This document shows, one piece after another, positions 18,005-26,829 of a DNA stretch of 61,933 bases (its first letter is position 1; each line of letters begins with the position of its first letter). The translations under genes were made by a program, and so were the position numbers. The notes under the pieces were generated by a model that was not told the DNA's origin, made no database searches, and saw only the letters and a list, made by a program, of their open reading frames with translations. Source of the stretch: a virus (taxonomy: Duplodnaviria > Caudoviricetes); IMG/VR virus record IMGVR_UViG_3300027798_000045, positions 1 through 61,933 of that record, one strand, 5' to 3'.

Positions 18005-18260
18005 GCTTACCGGCGAGTAATCCAGCGGTAAACCCAATTCCGACCAATGAAGACGGCCAATTCCCCCTTTACTTACTTAATTACTTACCTAGATAGATAG
18101 ATAGATAAGGAGAGAGGGGTGTCTCTCTGGGGGTGTCTCTCTCACGATGACTCTCTTTCTATCTCCTAGGGGCTCTGTGTGGCGGAATCCCGGTAATCAG
18201 TAATTATTTTTGTAAACGGCTCCGCCGCATGGAGTTACCCGGATTTACCCTCCGGTATGT
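18005..18260. promoter_or_regulatory. Candidate replication origin
   Basis: Non-coding and AT-rich in a GC-rich genome; TTAC/GTAA iterations, (TAGA)n, two GGGGTGTCTCTCT; directly downstream of the primase-helicase. Confidence 0.5.
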
Positions 18261-18373
18261 CCGGCCAGAAATCGTAAGTCTCGCCCGAGATTCTGCATTA
18301 AACGACACGAAAAAGCCCAAGCGTCGTGCTCGGGCTGTGTTTGACCGCTGAGTGCGCGGCCCGCAGTTTTCGC

Positions 18374-20923
18374 TCAGAGCATGTCCGGCTGGACCGACTC
18401 CGCCCGGTTTCCGAACCCGCAGGCGACGAGAGGGAGGATGGTGGACTTCTTGGACTTCTCCCCGTACGGGGTGTAAACGGAGGTCTTCGCCCCGTCGATT
18501 TGTCGCAGGTTGTCAGTCCATCGGTCGTCGAATTGTGTGCCTCGATAAATAGATGACAGTGATGTGTGGCGTACCGCAACATGCACTCCGTTGTATGATG
18601 GATAGACTCCGAGGCGGGTTAATGTCTCGCGTGCGGCGTACGCTCTCGGGTCGGGTTTGTTCGCGTAGAACATCGACAGCAGCTCCGAAACGGTGTGGTC
18701 GAAGCGGGCTGCGGAGTCGTCTTGGAGCGTGGTCCGATGCTCCATCAAGATGTCCACGGCCCGGATTTTGTCGGTGTCGATGGCCGGCTCGTCGGCCTCG
18801 GCGTCCAGCGGCCACTGGCTCGCGACCCACTCGGCTGCCTCCTCCGGCGTCGGGGCCTCGTCGCTCCCCAGGCACCAGTGGCCCGCGGCGATGGGGCCGT
18901 ACTGCTGCGCCCGACGCGCGTCGCCGAGATGGTTTACAATGGCCTGCTGGAATATCCCCGCCGTGGCCCGGATGACGGCAGCCATCGAGATTGCCCGAGA
19001 CCGGATTCCCTCGCAGAAATCCGGCTGGCCGGTCGTCGCCGCGATGAGCTGGCGCGTTTTCAGGAAGATTGCTGGGTCCTCGGCATGGCGCTTGACCAGC
19101 TCGGCCTGCGCGAACCGGGACTCGTCGGCGAATTCAGTCGCGGCTTTGGCGATCGAGGAGAGCAGGAAGCACGACCGGACGCGGTAGGTCACAGCCTCGC
19201 CGGAGGCGGAGCCCTTGATGATGGCGGCTCCGGTCTCCGCGGACGCCATGCGGGAGAGTTCGAGGATGCCCTGGATGCGCTTGGCGGAGCGTTCGTCTTT
19301 GACCTCGGCCTCGTCCATCAGGACCGGAAGCGCGTCGCAGCCGAGCGAGTGGCGGATGCCGGCCTCCGTCGTCGAGGAGAGGGCGCAGACCGAGATGGGT
19401 CCGAGGATGGGCGCGATGTAGGACTTCCAGATGTAGGACTTCCCGGAGCCGGACTCGCCGTTCAAGGTGAGGTGCGGCCTCCAGTCGAGCGCGCCGCAGA
19501 CGATGGCGGAGAACACCCAGCCGGAGAGGACCCAGCTCTTGGACGGGTCACGCCACGGGAACCGCTCGCAGACAGCGGTGAGTTTGGCCCGGTCGGAAAG
19601 GGAGGCGGCCTTCGAGAGTTGGATGGGTCTCGTTTTTCGCACCGGGTAGTAGTATGGCGAGTCGTGCTCATGGATGGGTTTCTCGACCCCGTTGACGTAG
19701 AGGCGGTCCCCGGCGTGGAACACCACGGAATCGTCCGCCTCGACCCAGCAGCCGGCCCCGCGGATGCGCGACGGATCGAAGTAGCCTGCGGAATGGCCCG
19801 CACGGAACAGCCAGTCCATGGCGTCGTGCCAGTCGATGCGAGTTTTCGAGCCAGGGAAGCGCGACTCCCACCAGGCCAGCGGCGCGATGGTCAGCAGGTT
19901 CGACTCGGAGTGCGCTGGCGCAGGGAGCTTCGTGATGAGCCCGTTCTCGGAGGCTAGGTAGTGGTAGCAGGAATCGGTGTACCCAAGGAACCGGAACGGC
20001 GGGGCTTCGGCGGCAGGCTCAGGGGGTGGAGCGGGCATCGTCACCCCGGCCGCGTCGAACAGCCCCTGAATCGAGATGCCGTCCGGAACCGGGTCGGCGA
20101 GATCCCAGCCGTCCGGCAGGTCGTCGGTGCGGACGACGAGCGCGTTCGGTAGGCGAGCCTTGAGGTAGGTCATCGCGTCCCGGCCTGCCTTGTCGGCGTC
20201 GGGCCACAGCCGGATGGGCGTCTGCCGTTCGAGCAAGGGCTTCCAGTCCACCGCTGACGCGCGGCCCGAACCTCCCTGCCAGGTGATGCAGACGCATCCA
20301 GGGAACTGCCGGGCTGCCGCGTCGGCGGTTTTCTCGCCCTCGACGACAAGGACCGGGGCGTCCGGCCGGCTGGTGAGTTTGTGGAGGTTGTAGATTGGGT
20401 TGCAATCGGGGTTCTTCCAGCCGCGAAAACGCGGGGTGCCGTCGATGATACGGAGGGGGAGGATGTCTTTCTTGCCGTCGGGCAGGTCGAACCGGACGAC
20501 CCAGCCGATCACGGACCCGTCGGCCGCGTGGTACGTCCACGCCTTGGAGCCGTAGCGCCAGACGGTTTCGTCCTTGGATTTGAATCCGACCTTGAGCGGG
20601 TCGGTGGGTCGCGGCGCGCTCGGGTCCCGCGGGGTGTTGGGAACCCCGAGGTATTCGCGAGCCCACTTGAACGTGAGGCCCATGTTCCCGTGCGCCTGGT
20701 TGGCGTTCACGAGGTCGAAGATGTCCCCGCCCTCGTTGTTCGACAGGTCGTGCCAGAGACCCGCCTTGGGGCCTTCCAGCTCGACATCCATCGAATCTCC
20801 GGGGTCCCCGGAGACGTTCCCGACCTTCCATTGGTGCCCGACCCGTTTCCCGGCCGGCAGGAGCTTCTCGCAGATTTCCTCGACACGCCCGTTCAGCAGG
20901 CCGCGCAGTTCGTTGGTTTCCAT
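18374..20923 (-). CDS. Primase-helicase (N-terminal domain, TOPRIM, P-loop helicase)
   Basis: VLVVEGEKTADAA and WPDADKAG (TOPRIM); GESGSGKS Walker A; VLMDEAE Walker B. Confidence 0.9.
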   Translation of the reverse strand: METNELRGLLNGRVEEICEKLLPAGKRVGHQWKVGNVSGDPGDSMDVELEGPKAGLWHDLSNNEGGDIFDLVNANQAHGNMGLTFKWAREYLGVPNTPRDPSAPRPTDPLKVGFKSKDETVWRYGSKAWTYHAADGSVIGWVVRFDLPDGKKDILPLRIIDGTPRFRGWKNPDCNPIYNLHKLTSRPDAPVLVVEGEKTADAAARQFPGCVCITWQGGSGRASAVDWKPLLERQTPIRLWPDADKAGRDAMTYLKARLPNALVVRTDDLPDGWDLADPVPDGISIQGLFDAAGVTMPAPPPEPAAEAPPFRFLGYTDSCYHYLASENGLITKLPAPAHSESNLLTIAPLAWWESRFPGSKTRIDWHDAMDWLFRAGHSAGYFDPSRIRGAGCWVEADDSVVFHAGDRLYVNGVEKPIHEHDSPYYYPVRKTRPIQLSKAASLSDRAKLTAVCERFPWRDPSKSWVLSGWVFSAIVCGALDWRPHLTLNGESGSGKSYIWKSYIAPILGPISVCALSSTTEAGIRHSLGCDALPVLMDEAEVKDERSAKRIQGILELSRMASAETGAAIIKGSASGEAVTYRVRSCFLLSSIAKAATEFADESRFAQAELVKRHAEDPAIFLKTRQLIAATTGQPDFCEGIRSRAISMAAVIRATAGIFQQAIVNHLGDARRAQQYGPIAAGHWCLGSDEAPTPEEAAEWVASQWPLDAEADEPAIDTDKIRAVDILMEHRTTLQDDSAARFDHTVSELLSMFYANKPDPRAYAARETLTRLGVYPSYNGVHVAVRHTSLSSIYRGTQFDDRWTDNLRQIDGAKTSVYTPYGEKSKKSTILPLVACGFGNRAESVQPDML

Positions 20924-20926
20924 GGT

Positions 20927-21097
20927 TCAGAATTTCCGAGCTGAGTCGTAGGCGTCCCTGAGCGTGAGGCGTTCCGGCTTGGCGCGCGAGCGGTGGGGTT
21001 TGAAGCAGAGCACGCCGTCCTTGAATTGGACACGGATTTTTTGGCCGGCTGGCCCGGAGATGAACCCGAGGTTGGCGGTTGAGGAGCGGGGTTTCAT
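20927..21097 (-). CDS. Small basic protein (56 aa, MKPRSSTANL...), not in ORF track
   Basis: ATGA-coupled to upstream gene; fills the gap before the primase. Confidence 0.5.
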   Translation of the reverse strand: MKPRSSTANLGFISGPAGQKIRVQFKDGVLCFKPHRSRAKPERLTLRDAYDSARKF

Positions 21098-21330
21098 GCG
21101 AGTTCGTCCTCCGAAAATGCGAGTGTGTAGCGTCGGTGAGCAAGGTAGCTGTTGTCGTATTCCGAGGCTCGTTTCGCTGTGACGGACGGCCAGTAGCCAC
21201 GGCGACTGTCATGCACCTCTCGGAAACATCTCACGGCCCGCCACCGGGCCTTCGGTTCCGTAGTCGCAAACGTGATGAGAATCCACCGGTCCACCTCCAC
21301 CTTCCACGCGACGGGTTCTTGGTAGGTCAT
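21094..21330 (-). CDS. Hypothetical protein
   Basis: ATGA-coupled on both sides. Confidence 0.55.
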   Translation of the reverse strand: MTYQEPVAWKVEVDRWILITFATTEPKARWRAVRCFREVHDSRRGYWPSVTAKRASEYDNSYLAHRRYTLAFSEDELA

Positions 21331-21692
21331 AGGGATGGCCTCCAGTTCTCCATCGCGAATTTCGCAATACGCGGGCAGGACGTGACCATGGCGATTCCGC
21401 CTCCGTTCTCGACGTTGCGTTTCCAGATGTGCTGCATGGACGAGGTCCTGCCACCGGTGGGGGCCTTCACCTCAATCGACGTGAACACCGCAACCTTGCG
21501 GCCCGTATCCTCCGGACGGATCGTGTACTCGGTCCAGCCGATGAGGTCTGCGGAGCCCGGAAATAGGCCGTAGCGAATGACGCGCGGCCCGTCCATGGCA
21601 CGGGCCACTCCGACGTTGTTGCGGAAAATCCGCACGTTCAGCATCCCGCCGACGGCGGCTTTGATGCGGGAGAGAACTTCGGATTCGTTCAT
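21327..21692 (-). CDS. VRR-NUC domain nuclease
   Basis: RIFRNNVG, PGSADLIG, IEVKAPTG...Q...GGIA. Confidence 0.85.
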   Translation of the reverse strand: MNESEVLSRIKAAVGGMLNVRIFRNNVGVARAMDGPRVIRYGLFPGSADLIGWTEYTIRPEDTGRKVAVFTSIEVKAPTGGRTSSMQHIWKRNVENGGGIAMVTSCPRIAKFAMENWRPSL

Positions 21693-21913
21693 CGTTTTGA
21701 CTCCAAAGCCTCTGCGGCAATCTGAGATTCGGTTGAGCGATTGCCACGATAGTCGGTGTTCGCGATGCGGCGGAGAGCATCCTCAAGTTGCTTGATGTGG
21801 GTGCGGCGGAGAACATCCTCAAGTTGCTTGATGTGGGCTTTCAACCTGATGTTTTCATCACGCAGTTCATCACGCTCGTCGGCTATCGTGTCGATGATGC
21901 TTGGCGTATTCAT
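21689..21913 (-). CDS. Coiled-coil hypothetical protein with 36-bp tandem duplication
   Basis: HIKQLEDxLRR twice; DNA repeat at 21766-21837. Confidence 0.6.
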   Translation of the reverse strand: MNTPSIIDTIADERDELRDENIRLKAHIKQLEDVLRRTHIKQLEDALRRIANTDYRGNRSTESQIAAEALESKR

Positions 21914-22170
21914 ACCCGCCCCCCAATCAGCAACGGGTGCTCAATCTGCCGCAGGTCGAGCTTCGCGGGCTCGGGTTTCGACGGCTTAATTCTCACAATC
22001 TGCCACAGGTCATCGAGCGACATCTCGTTCGAGAGCCGCTTGCTGTACAGGGTTCGGAAATACAGGGTTCCATCCTCCGGCTGATACGTGACGCGGGTCA
22101 CTCGACCGACTCCATCCTCCGATTTCCACTCGATGTCTCCTAGGTGTGCTTGGCGTGTGCGTGGTTTCAT
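21910..22170 (-). CDS. Hypothetical protein
   Basis: Operon packing. Confidence 0.6.
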   Translation of the reverse strand: MKPRTRQAHLGDIEWKSEDGVGRVTRVTYQPEDGTLYFRTLYSKRLSNEMSLDDLWQIVRIKPSKPEPAKLDLRQIEHPLLIGGRV

Positions 22171-22173
22171 GGT

Positions 22174-22386
22174 TTATTTGGTTGTAACTGGCCTGAGAAA
22201 ACTGACCCACTCCTTCAACTTCGTTTCGGCCTCGGCACGTTCAAGCCCTGTGACCGGGAACGTCGGCAGTACTCGCGTGTGCTGCTGGAGCCCCTTCCAC
22301 AGACGCGGCCCGACCGGGTTCACGCCCGCGTAAGACGTGATTGCCACCATCCATTTGTCGCCGTCGGGTTGGATGGAGAGGTTCAT
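22174..22386 (-). CDS. Hypothetical protein
   Basis: ATGA-coupled to the helicase. Confidence 0.55.
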   Translation of the reverse strand: MNLSIQPDGDKWMVAITSYAGVNPVGPRLWKGLQQHTRVLPTFPVTGLERAEAETKLKEWVSFLRPVTTK

Positions 22387-23765
22387 GCTGCGGCAGAGTG
22401 GCGTTGCTTGCGTGCGTTGAACCGATGAATCGCCCAGCCCGCGCGGTAGCCCCTCTGCTTCGCCAGAGCCATCAGGTCCGCCAGCGTCTGCGCCTTACCT
22501 TCTTCGCGCAATCGCATCCGTGACGCGGCGACCTTTTCGGCGTCGAGAGCTTCCAGCTCACCTTCGCGCTGCTCCAGCTCGCGGGCTTTCGACACCCGCT
22601 CCTCGCCACACTGAGGGCAGGACGTTCCCGTGAACACGGCGTAGCACTTCTCGCATTGGCGCGTGTCCAGGAGGTCGTCCTTCTTGCGTTTCTTCGCGGA
22701 GCCTCCCTCAAGCGACCACTCGCGGCGCTCCTCGGCGAGACCGTGCCGAAGGCAGTTTCCGACGTGGTCCAGGATGACCGCCTGCTGCTTGCCCGGCGAC
22801 ACCCGTAACGCGCGACCGACCTGCTGGAGATGAAGCGCCAGCGAGGCCGTGGGGCGCAGCAGGATGGCGGCGTCCACCGAAGGCAAGTCGAAGCCCTCCG
22901 AGACGATTTCGCACGACGTGAGCACGCTCACGCGGCCCGCAGTCAGGTCAGCCACGCGCTGCCGGCGCTCGTCTCGCGTCAGTGTGCCGTCGATAGTCGC
23001 CGACGGAATCCCCGCGGCCCGGAACTGCTCCGCGACGTGCTCCGCGTGCTTGAGGTTCACGCAGAACGCGACAGCTTTGCATCCAAGCGCGTACTTCCGG
23101 TAGTGCGCGACCGCGTCCCCGGTAATCGACGGCTTGTCCATCAACTCCGCGGACTCCTGCTTCGAGAACTCGCCGGCCATTTTCCGCAGGCTGGACACGT
23201 CGATGGCGGTTTTCGGGGCGTAGTACACCGGGACCGCGAGGAATCCGTAGTCGATGAGCCATTGAACCTCCGGGCCGCGCACGAGGGTCTGGAAGAACTC
23301 GCCGAGGCCGCGTCCGTCGAGCCGCTCCGGGGTCGCCGTGACGCCGAGGAACTTGGCTTTTGGGTACTGCGCGAAGACCTTTGCCCACTGGCCTGCGGTG
23401 CTGTGGTGACATTCGTCGATAACGATAAAGTCAGGGCTCGGAAGCTGGTCAAAGCGGCGAACAAGCGTCTGAATTGACGCCACCTGGACCGCCTGCTTCG
23501 GCTCAACCTGCTCACCGGCGCGCACCATGCCGTGCTGGACCCCGACTACTGAGAGCGTGGCCGAAATCTGGTCCAGAATCTCCGCTCGGTGGGCAATCAC
23601 CCAGACTCGGAGGCCCTTTGCTGCGGCGTTTTTGACCACGTACGAGAACAGCACAGTCTTTCCGGACCCGGTCGGCGAAACCAAGCCCTGGCGCGTGAAC
23701 CCACGTCGAAACCCGTCACGAAGTTCTTCAATCAGGGAGGTTTGGTAGGGGCGAAGTTGCATCAA
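22383..23765 (-). CDS. SF2 DEAH/DECH helicase with C-terminal zinc ribbon
   Basis: LRPYQ, PTGSGKT, DECHH, TATP, EGFDLP, QQVGRALR, CEKC...CPQC. Confidence 0.92.
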   Translation of the reverse strand: MMQLRPYQTSLIEELRDGFRRGFTRQGLVSPTGSGKTVLFSYVVKNAAAKGLRVWVIAHRAEILDQISATLSVVGVQHGMVRAGEQVEPKQAVQVASIQTLVRRFDQLPSPDFIVIDECHHSTAGQWAKVFAQYPKAKFLGVTATPERLDGRGLGEFFQTLVRGPEVQWLIDYGFLAVPVYYAPKTAIDVSSLRKMAGEFSKQESAELMDKPSITGDAVAHYRKYALGCKAVAFCVNLKHAEHVAEQFRAAGIPSATIDGTLTRDERRQRVADLTAGRVSVLTSCEIVSEGFDLPSVDAAILLRPTASLALHLQQVGRALRVSPGKQQAVILDHVGNCLRHGLAEERREWSLEGGSAKKRKKDDLLDTRQCEKCYAVFTGTSCPQCGEERVSKARELEQREGELEALDAEKVAASRMRLREEGKAQTLADLMALAKQRGYRAGWAIHRFNARKQRHSAAA

Positions 23766-23874
23766 CGTGCAGACGTTCGCTTAACCATCGAAAACACGCA
23801 ATTCAATTCGTGAAAAACTTTCTACGACCGTCCGTGTCGGTCAAAACTCGCGTTTTATTGAGCAAAATCACCTA

Positions 23875-23902
23875 TTGACGACCGCGCCACGAGTGGTACA
23901 AC
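23875..23902 (+). promoter_or_regulatory. Sigma70-like promoter for the capsid operon
   Basis: TTGACG, 16-nt spacer, TGG-TACAAC (extended -10). Confidence 0.5.
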
Positions 23903-24106
23903 ACGTCCATGGCGCAAACTCTGGCTCGCCACCTGAGCGGTCCTCACGTTCGGGGAAATCGGTAAGTGCAGGTTGAAGAACCTGCCCGGCTCCACGGCCC
24001 GGATTCACCACCGGGGTTGGTTTGCAGACGCCTCGCGTTCGCATTCCACCCCGATTTGCCTTTTGAGGGGATGGCGACAAACCCAAAGGCATAGGAAAAT
24101 CACAAT

Positions 24107-25627
24107 ATGGCTAGTGGAGATAAGATCAGTTGCAAGGCGTTCTTCGCCTCCGTGCTCACTCAAGAGCCGGTTTACGACAAGGAAATCCTCAAGGACGTTC
24201 GCCCCACCGAGGGCGGCTTGATGGGTTACTACCAGACCGGCATGTTCGACGCCTATTCCGGCGTGGAGCACACCTTCGACCGGTTTAACGACGTGTACCC
24301 TGACGTGACCAAGCCCTGGTCGGACGTGAGCGGTACTCAATGCGTGGGCAGCCCCTGCGACCCCGACGAGAACAAGATTGCTTGGGGCACGACCCGCAAG
24401 ACCTACGGCCGCCAGAAGACCTCTTGGGCGACCGATGTTCTCTGCTTCGACGAGATCATGACCCGGACCCGCGCGAAGGAGCATTTCGCGCAGATCATCG
24501 CGGACGTGCTCAAGCCGGCGACGCAGCGGATCATGTCCTTCTACCTGGCCCGCCGCGCTGCGGAACTGGCCGGCAAGAAGCTCGCCATCACGGCTGCCGG
24601 CCTCGTGGACTTCACGTTCACCTGGGACTCGGGCGGCTACCAGTACATGACCGCAACGCAGGACCCGACCGGCCGCTTGACGCCGGAGATCCTGCGCTCC
24701 CGCGTGTACCGCCAGTACGCGCTCGGCGCAATCGACATGGCGAAGGAAGGCTTCGACCGTTTGGAGCTGCACACCGACATCGACACGTTCCACTACCTGT
24801 CCAAGCAGGACCCGGTGCTTCTGGATGCGTGGCGCTTCGGTGAGTTCGGGCCGGCCGCGAAGGAGTTCTTCAAGTACGGGTTCAGCGGGTACGTCGGCGA
24901 CTTCATGGTGAAGTGCCTCATGTTCCCGATCCGGTTCAACAAGGTGTCGGCGGGCCGATACCAGGTCGTTCTGCCGTACAAGAACGTCGCGACCACGCTC
25001 GGCATCCGGTCCGAGTACAACGAGGACTACGAGAAGGCCCAGTGGCAGTTCTCGTACATCAACAACAAGCGCGCCCTCCGCGTCATGCCGTTCAAGCCGG
25101 AGGCGGTCAACAAGGAGATGCCGTTCCTCGTCCGCGACTACGCCGGCCGCTGGAAGTTCGGCACCAACGACCTCGGTGCGGACTGCAACGGCAAGCCCGT
25201 TGACAACGTCCGCGGCAACAAGGGCAAGTTCTACGCCGACTTCGATCTGGCTGTGAAGCCGGAGCACGACGAGTGGCTGGAGCTGCTGTTCCACAAGCGC
25301 GACCGGCCCTGCATCACCATCGTGAGCACCTGCAACACCGACCCCGGCTACCCGCAGCAGTACTACAACTCCTACCCGGAGAGCTGCCCGAGCGTGCTCG
25401 TGTTCACCGCCGTCGCCAAGGGTGGCGTGTACACCATCGCCGCGAACTCGATCACGGCAGACGGGAACGTGGTCACCCACATCGCGGTCAGTCAGGCAAC
25501 CCTCGCCGGCCTCATTGCATCGCTGCCGACCCTCGGTGGCACCTGGTCGATCTACGATTCGACCACGCTCAAGATCCAACTCAGCGGCTCGACGTTCAGT
25601 TCGATCACACTGCCGTTCGCGATCTAA
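24107..25627 (+). CDS. Major capsid protein with C-terminal beta extension
   Basis: 506 aa, strongest codon bias in the window, promoter upstream and UUCG hairpin downstream; no other capsid candidate. Confidence 0.75.
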   Translation: MASGDKISCKAFFASVLTQEPVYDKEILKDVRPTEGGLMGYYQTGMFDAYSGVEHTFDRFNDVYPDVTKPWSDVSGTQCVGSPCDPDENKIAWGTTRKTYGRQKTSWATDVLCFDEIMTRTRAKEHFAQIIADVLKPATQRIMSFYLARRAAELAGKKLAITAAGLVDFTFTWDSGGYQYMTATQDPTGRLTPEILRSRVYRQYALGAIDMAKEGFDRLELHTDIDTFHYLSKQDPVLLDAWRFGEFGPAAKEFFKYGFSGYVGDFMVKCLMFPIRFNKVSAGRYQVVLPYKNVATTLGIRSEYNEDYEKAQWQFSYINNKRALRVMPFKPEAVNKEMPFLVRDYAGRWKFGTNDLGADCNGKPVDNVRGNKGKFYADFDLAVKPEHDEWLELLFHKRDRPCITIVSTCNTDPGYPQQYYNSYPESCPSVLVFTAVAKGGVYTIAANSITADGNVVTHIAVSQATLAGLIASLPTLGGTWSIYDSTTLKIQLSGSTFSSITLPFAI

Positions 25628-25639
25628 TCGCACCTCGCG

Positions 25640-25665
25640 CCCCATCGGCCTTCGGGCCGGTGGGG
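25640..25665 (+). terminator. GC-rich hairpin with UUCG loop after the capsid gene (terminator or stabiliser)
   Basis: CCCCATCGGCC-TTCG-GGCCGGTGGGG; no clear U-tract. Confidence 0.6.
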
Positions 25666-25738
25666 TCCGCATTTGGAATCGACACCGGCTGGTTTCCGAA
25701 GCCAACCGACCACGGTTCCCGATGCAGACCCCACACTT

Positions 25739-26005
25739 ATGATGAACTCAAAAATGCAGGACGGCCGACCGCTCGACGGCATGGGCCGGATGATGGATGC
25801 CCCGAAAATGGTCATGTTCGACCCGCCCGAGGGGGTCGAACTCAAGGGCGAATCAGGCCGTGCCATGGTCGATTGGAGCATGATGGACGGGAAAATCCAC
25901 ATCACCGCGTTCGACGGCGTGAGCCTTGGGTCCGGCGCGGCTGACAAGGCCGAGGACGCCATGGAATCCGAAACCGTAACCACCGAAGAGGAGGCATACT
26001 CGTGA
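25739..26005 (+). CDS. Small acidic protein
   Basis: Start reassigned to ATG 25739; coupled to the next gene. Confidence 0.6.
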   Translation: MMNSKMQDGRPLDGMGRMMDAPKMVMFDPPEGVELKGESGRAMVDWSMMDGKIHITAFDGVSLGSGAADKAEDAMESETVTTEEEAYS

Positions 26006-26406
26006 CCGCTCAAGAAATCGCATCACTGTCGGCGTGCTTTGATTGCACGAACCCAGGCCAGCTCCAGGCGTGGATTGCGACGCTGCTGAACGTCATCGCC
26101 TCCGGGCCGGGCGGGGTTGGCGGAACCGTGGTCACGTCGAGCGCAGGGCTTGCAACGTCCACGACCGCCTTGGCTGCCGATTCGGCCCGCTACTCGTTCA
26201 CCATCCAGAATCAAGCCGCGGCGCATTTGCACGTCAAGCTGGGGGCGGGGGCCACGACCTTAAACTACGACTACATCCTAAGCGCGGCTTCTGTGGCCGC
26301 AAACGGCACCGGTGGGTCGCTTACGGTTGCCGGGTACAAGGGCATCGTCTCCGTCGCGGCGGCCGGCACGCCGTCGTACACCGCGTTCTCACTGGCATCG
26401 AGTTGA
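26002..26406 (+). CDS. Virion structural/decoration protein
   Basis: ALAADSARYSFTIQNQ...VKLG spike-base-like beta fold; N-terminal ACFDC. Confidence 0.55.
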   Translation: MTAQEIASLSACFDCTNPGQLQAWIATLLNVIASGPGGVGGTVVTSSAGLATSTTALAADSARYSFTIQNQAAAHLHVKLGAGATTLNYDYILSAASVAANGTGGSLTVAGYKGIVSVAAAGTPSYTAFSLASS

Positions 26407-26412
26407 AAAATT

Positions 26413-26829
26413 ATGAGCGTACCGGCCATTGCTACACTTCGGGCTGAGTCCGCTGACATCATTGCTGTCTGCGGGCGCGGGCAAATTGACGCAATTCTGG
26501 CCGGCGCGGTTGCCGCCGCTGCAACTGGCGGCCCGCTGTCTGGAACGGCAACAGCTCAGTCGCTCATCACCGACTGCCAGCCACTGATAGACCAGGCTGA
26601 TAACGATGCTAAAGCAATAATGCTAAGGTATTTTTTGAAGTACCTAGCATCGTCCGCACCGGGAGTAATAACTGTTGGAGTTGACGGTTCTAACTGGGTT
26701 TTCAAAAACGGAAACGGCTATTTGCTATTTGACGACGGCCTGTATCGCAAAAACGCTGGAGCTATGGTTGAGGGTCAACCACAAGGCGGCTACGAAAACA
26801 CAGGGTACACCTACGCAAACATTCCATGA
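26413..26829 (+). CDS. Hypothetical structural protein
   Basis: Within the structural operon, coupled to the tailspike. Confidence 0.55.
   Translation: MSVPAIATLRAESADIIAVCGRGQIDAILAGAVAAAATGGPLSGTATAQSLITDCQPLIDQADNDAKAIMLRYFLKYLASSAPGVITVGVDGSNWVFKNGNGYLLFDDGLYRKNAGAMVEGQPQGGYENTGYTYANIP

Noticed and set aside
24005-25705. 566-aa antisense ORF over the capsid gene
   Set aside because: Shadow ORF caused by strong GC3 codon bias; no motifs.
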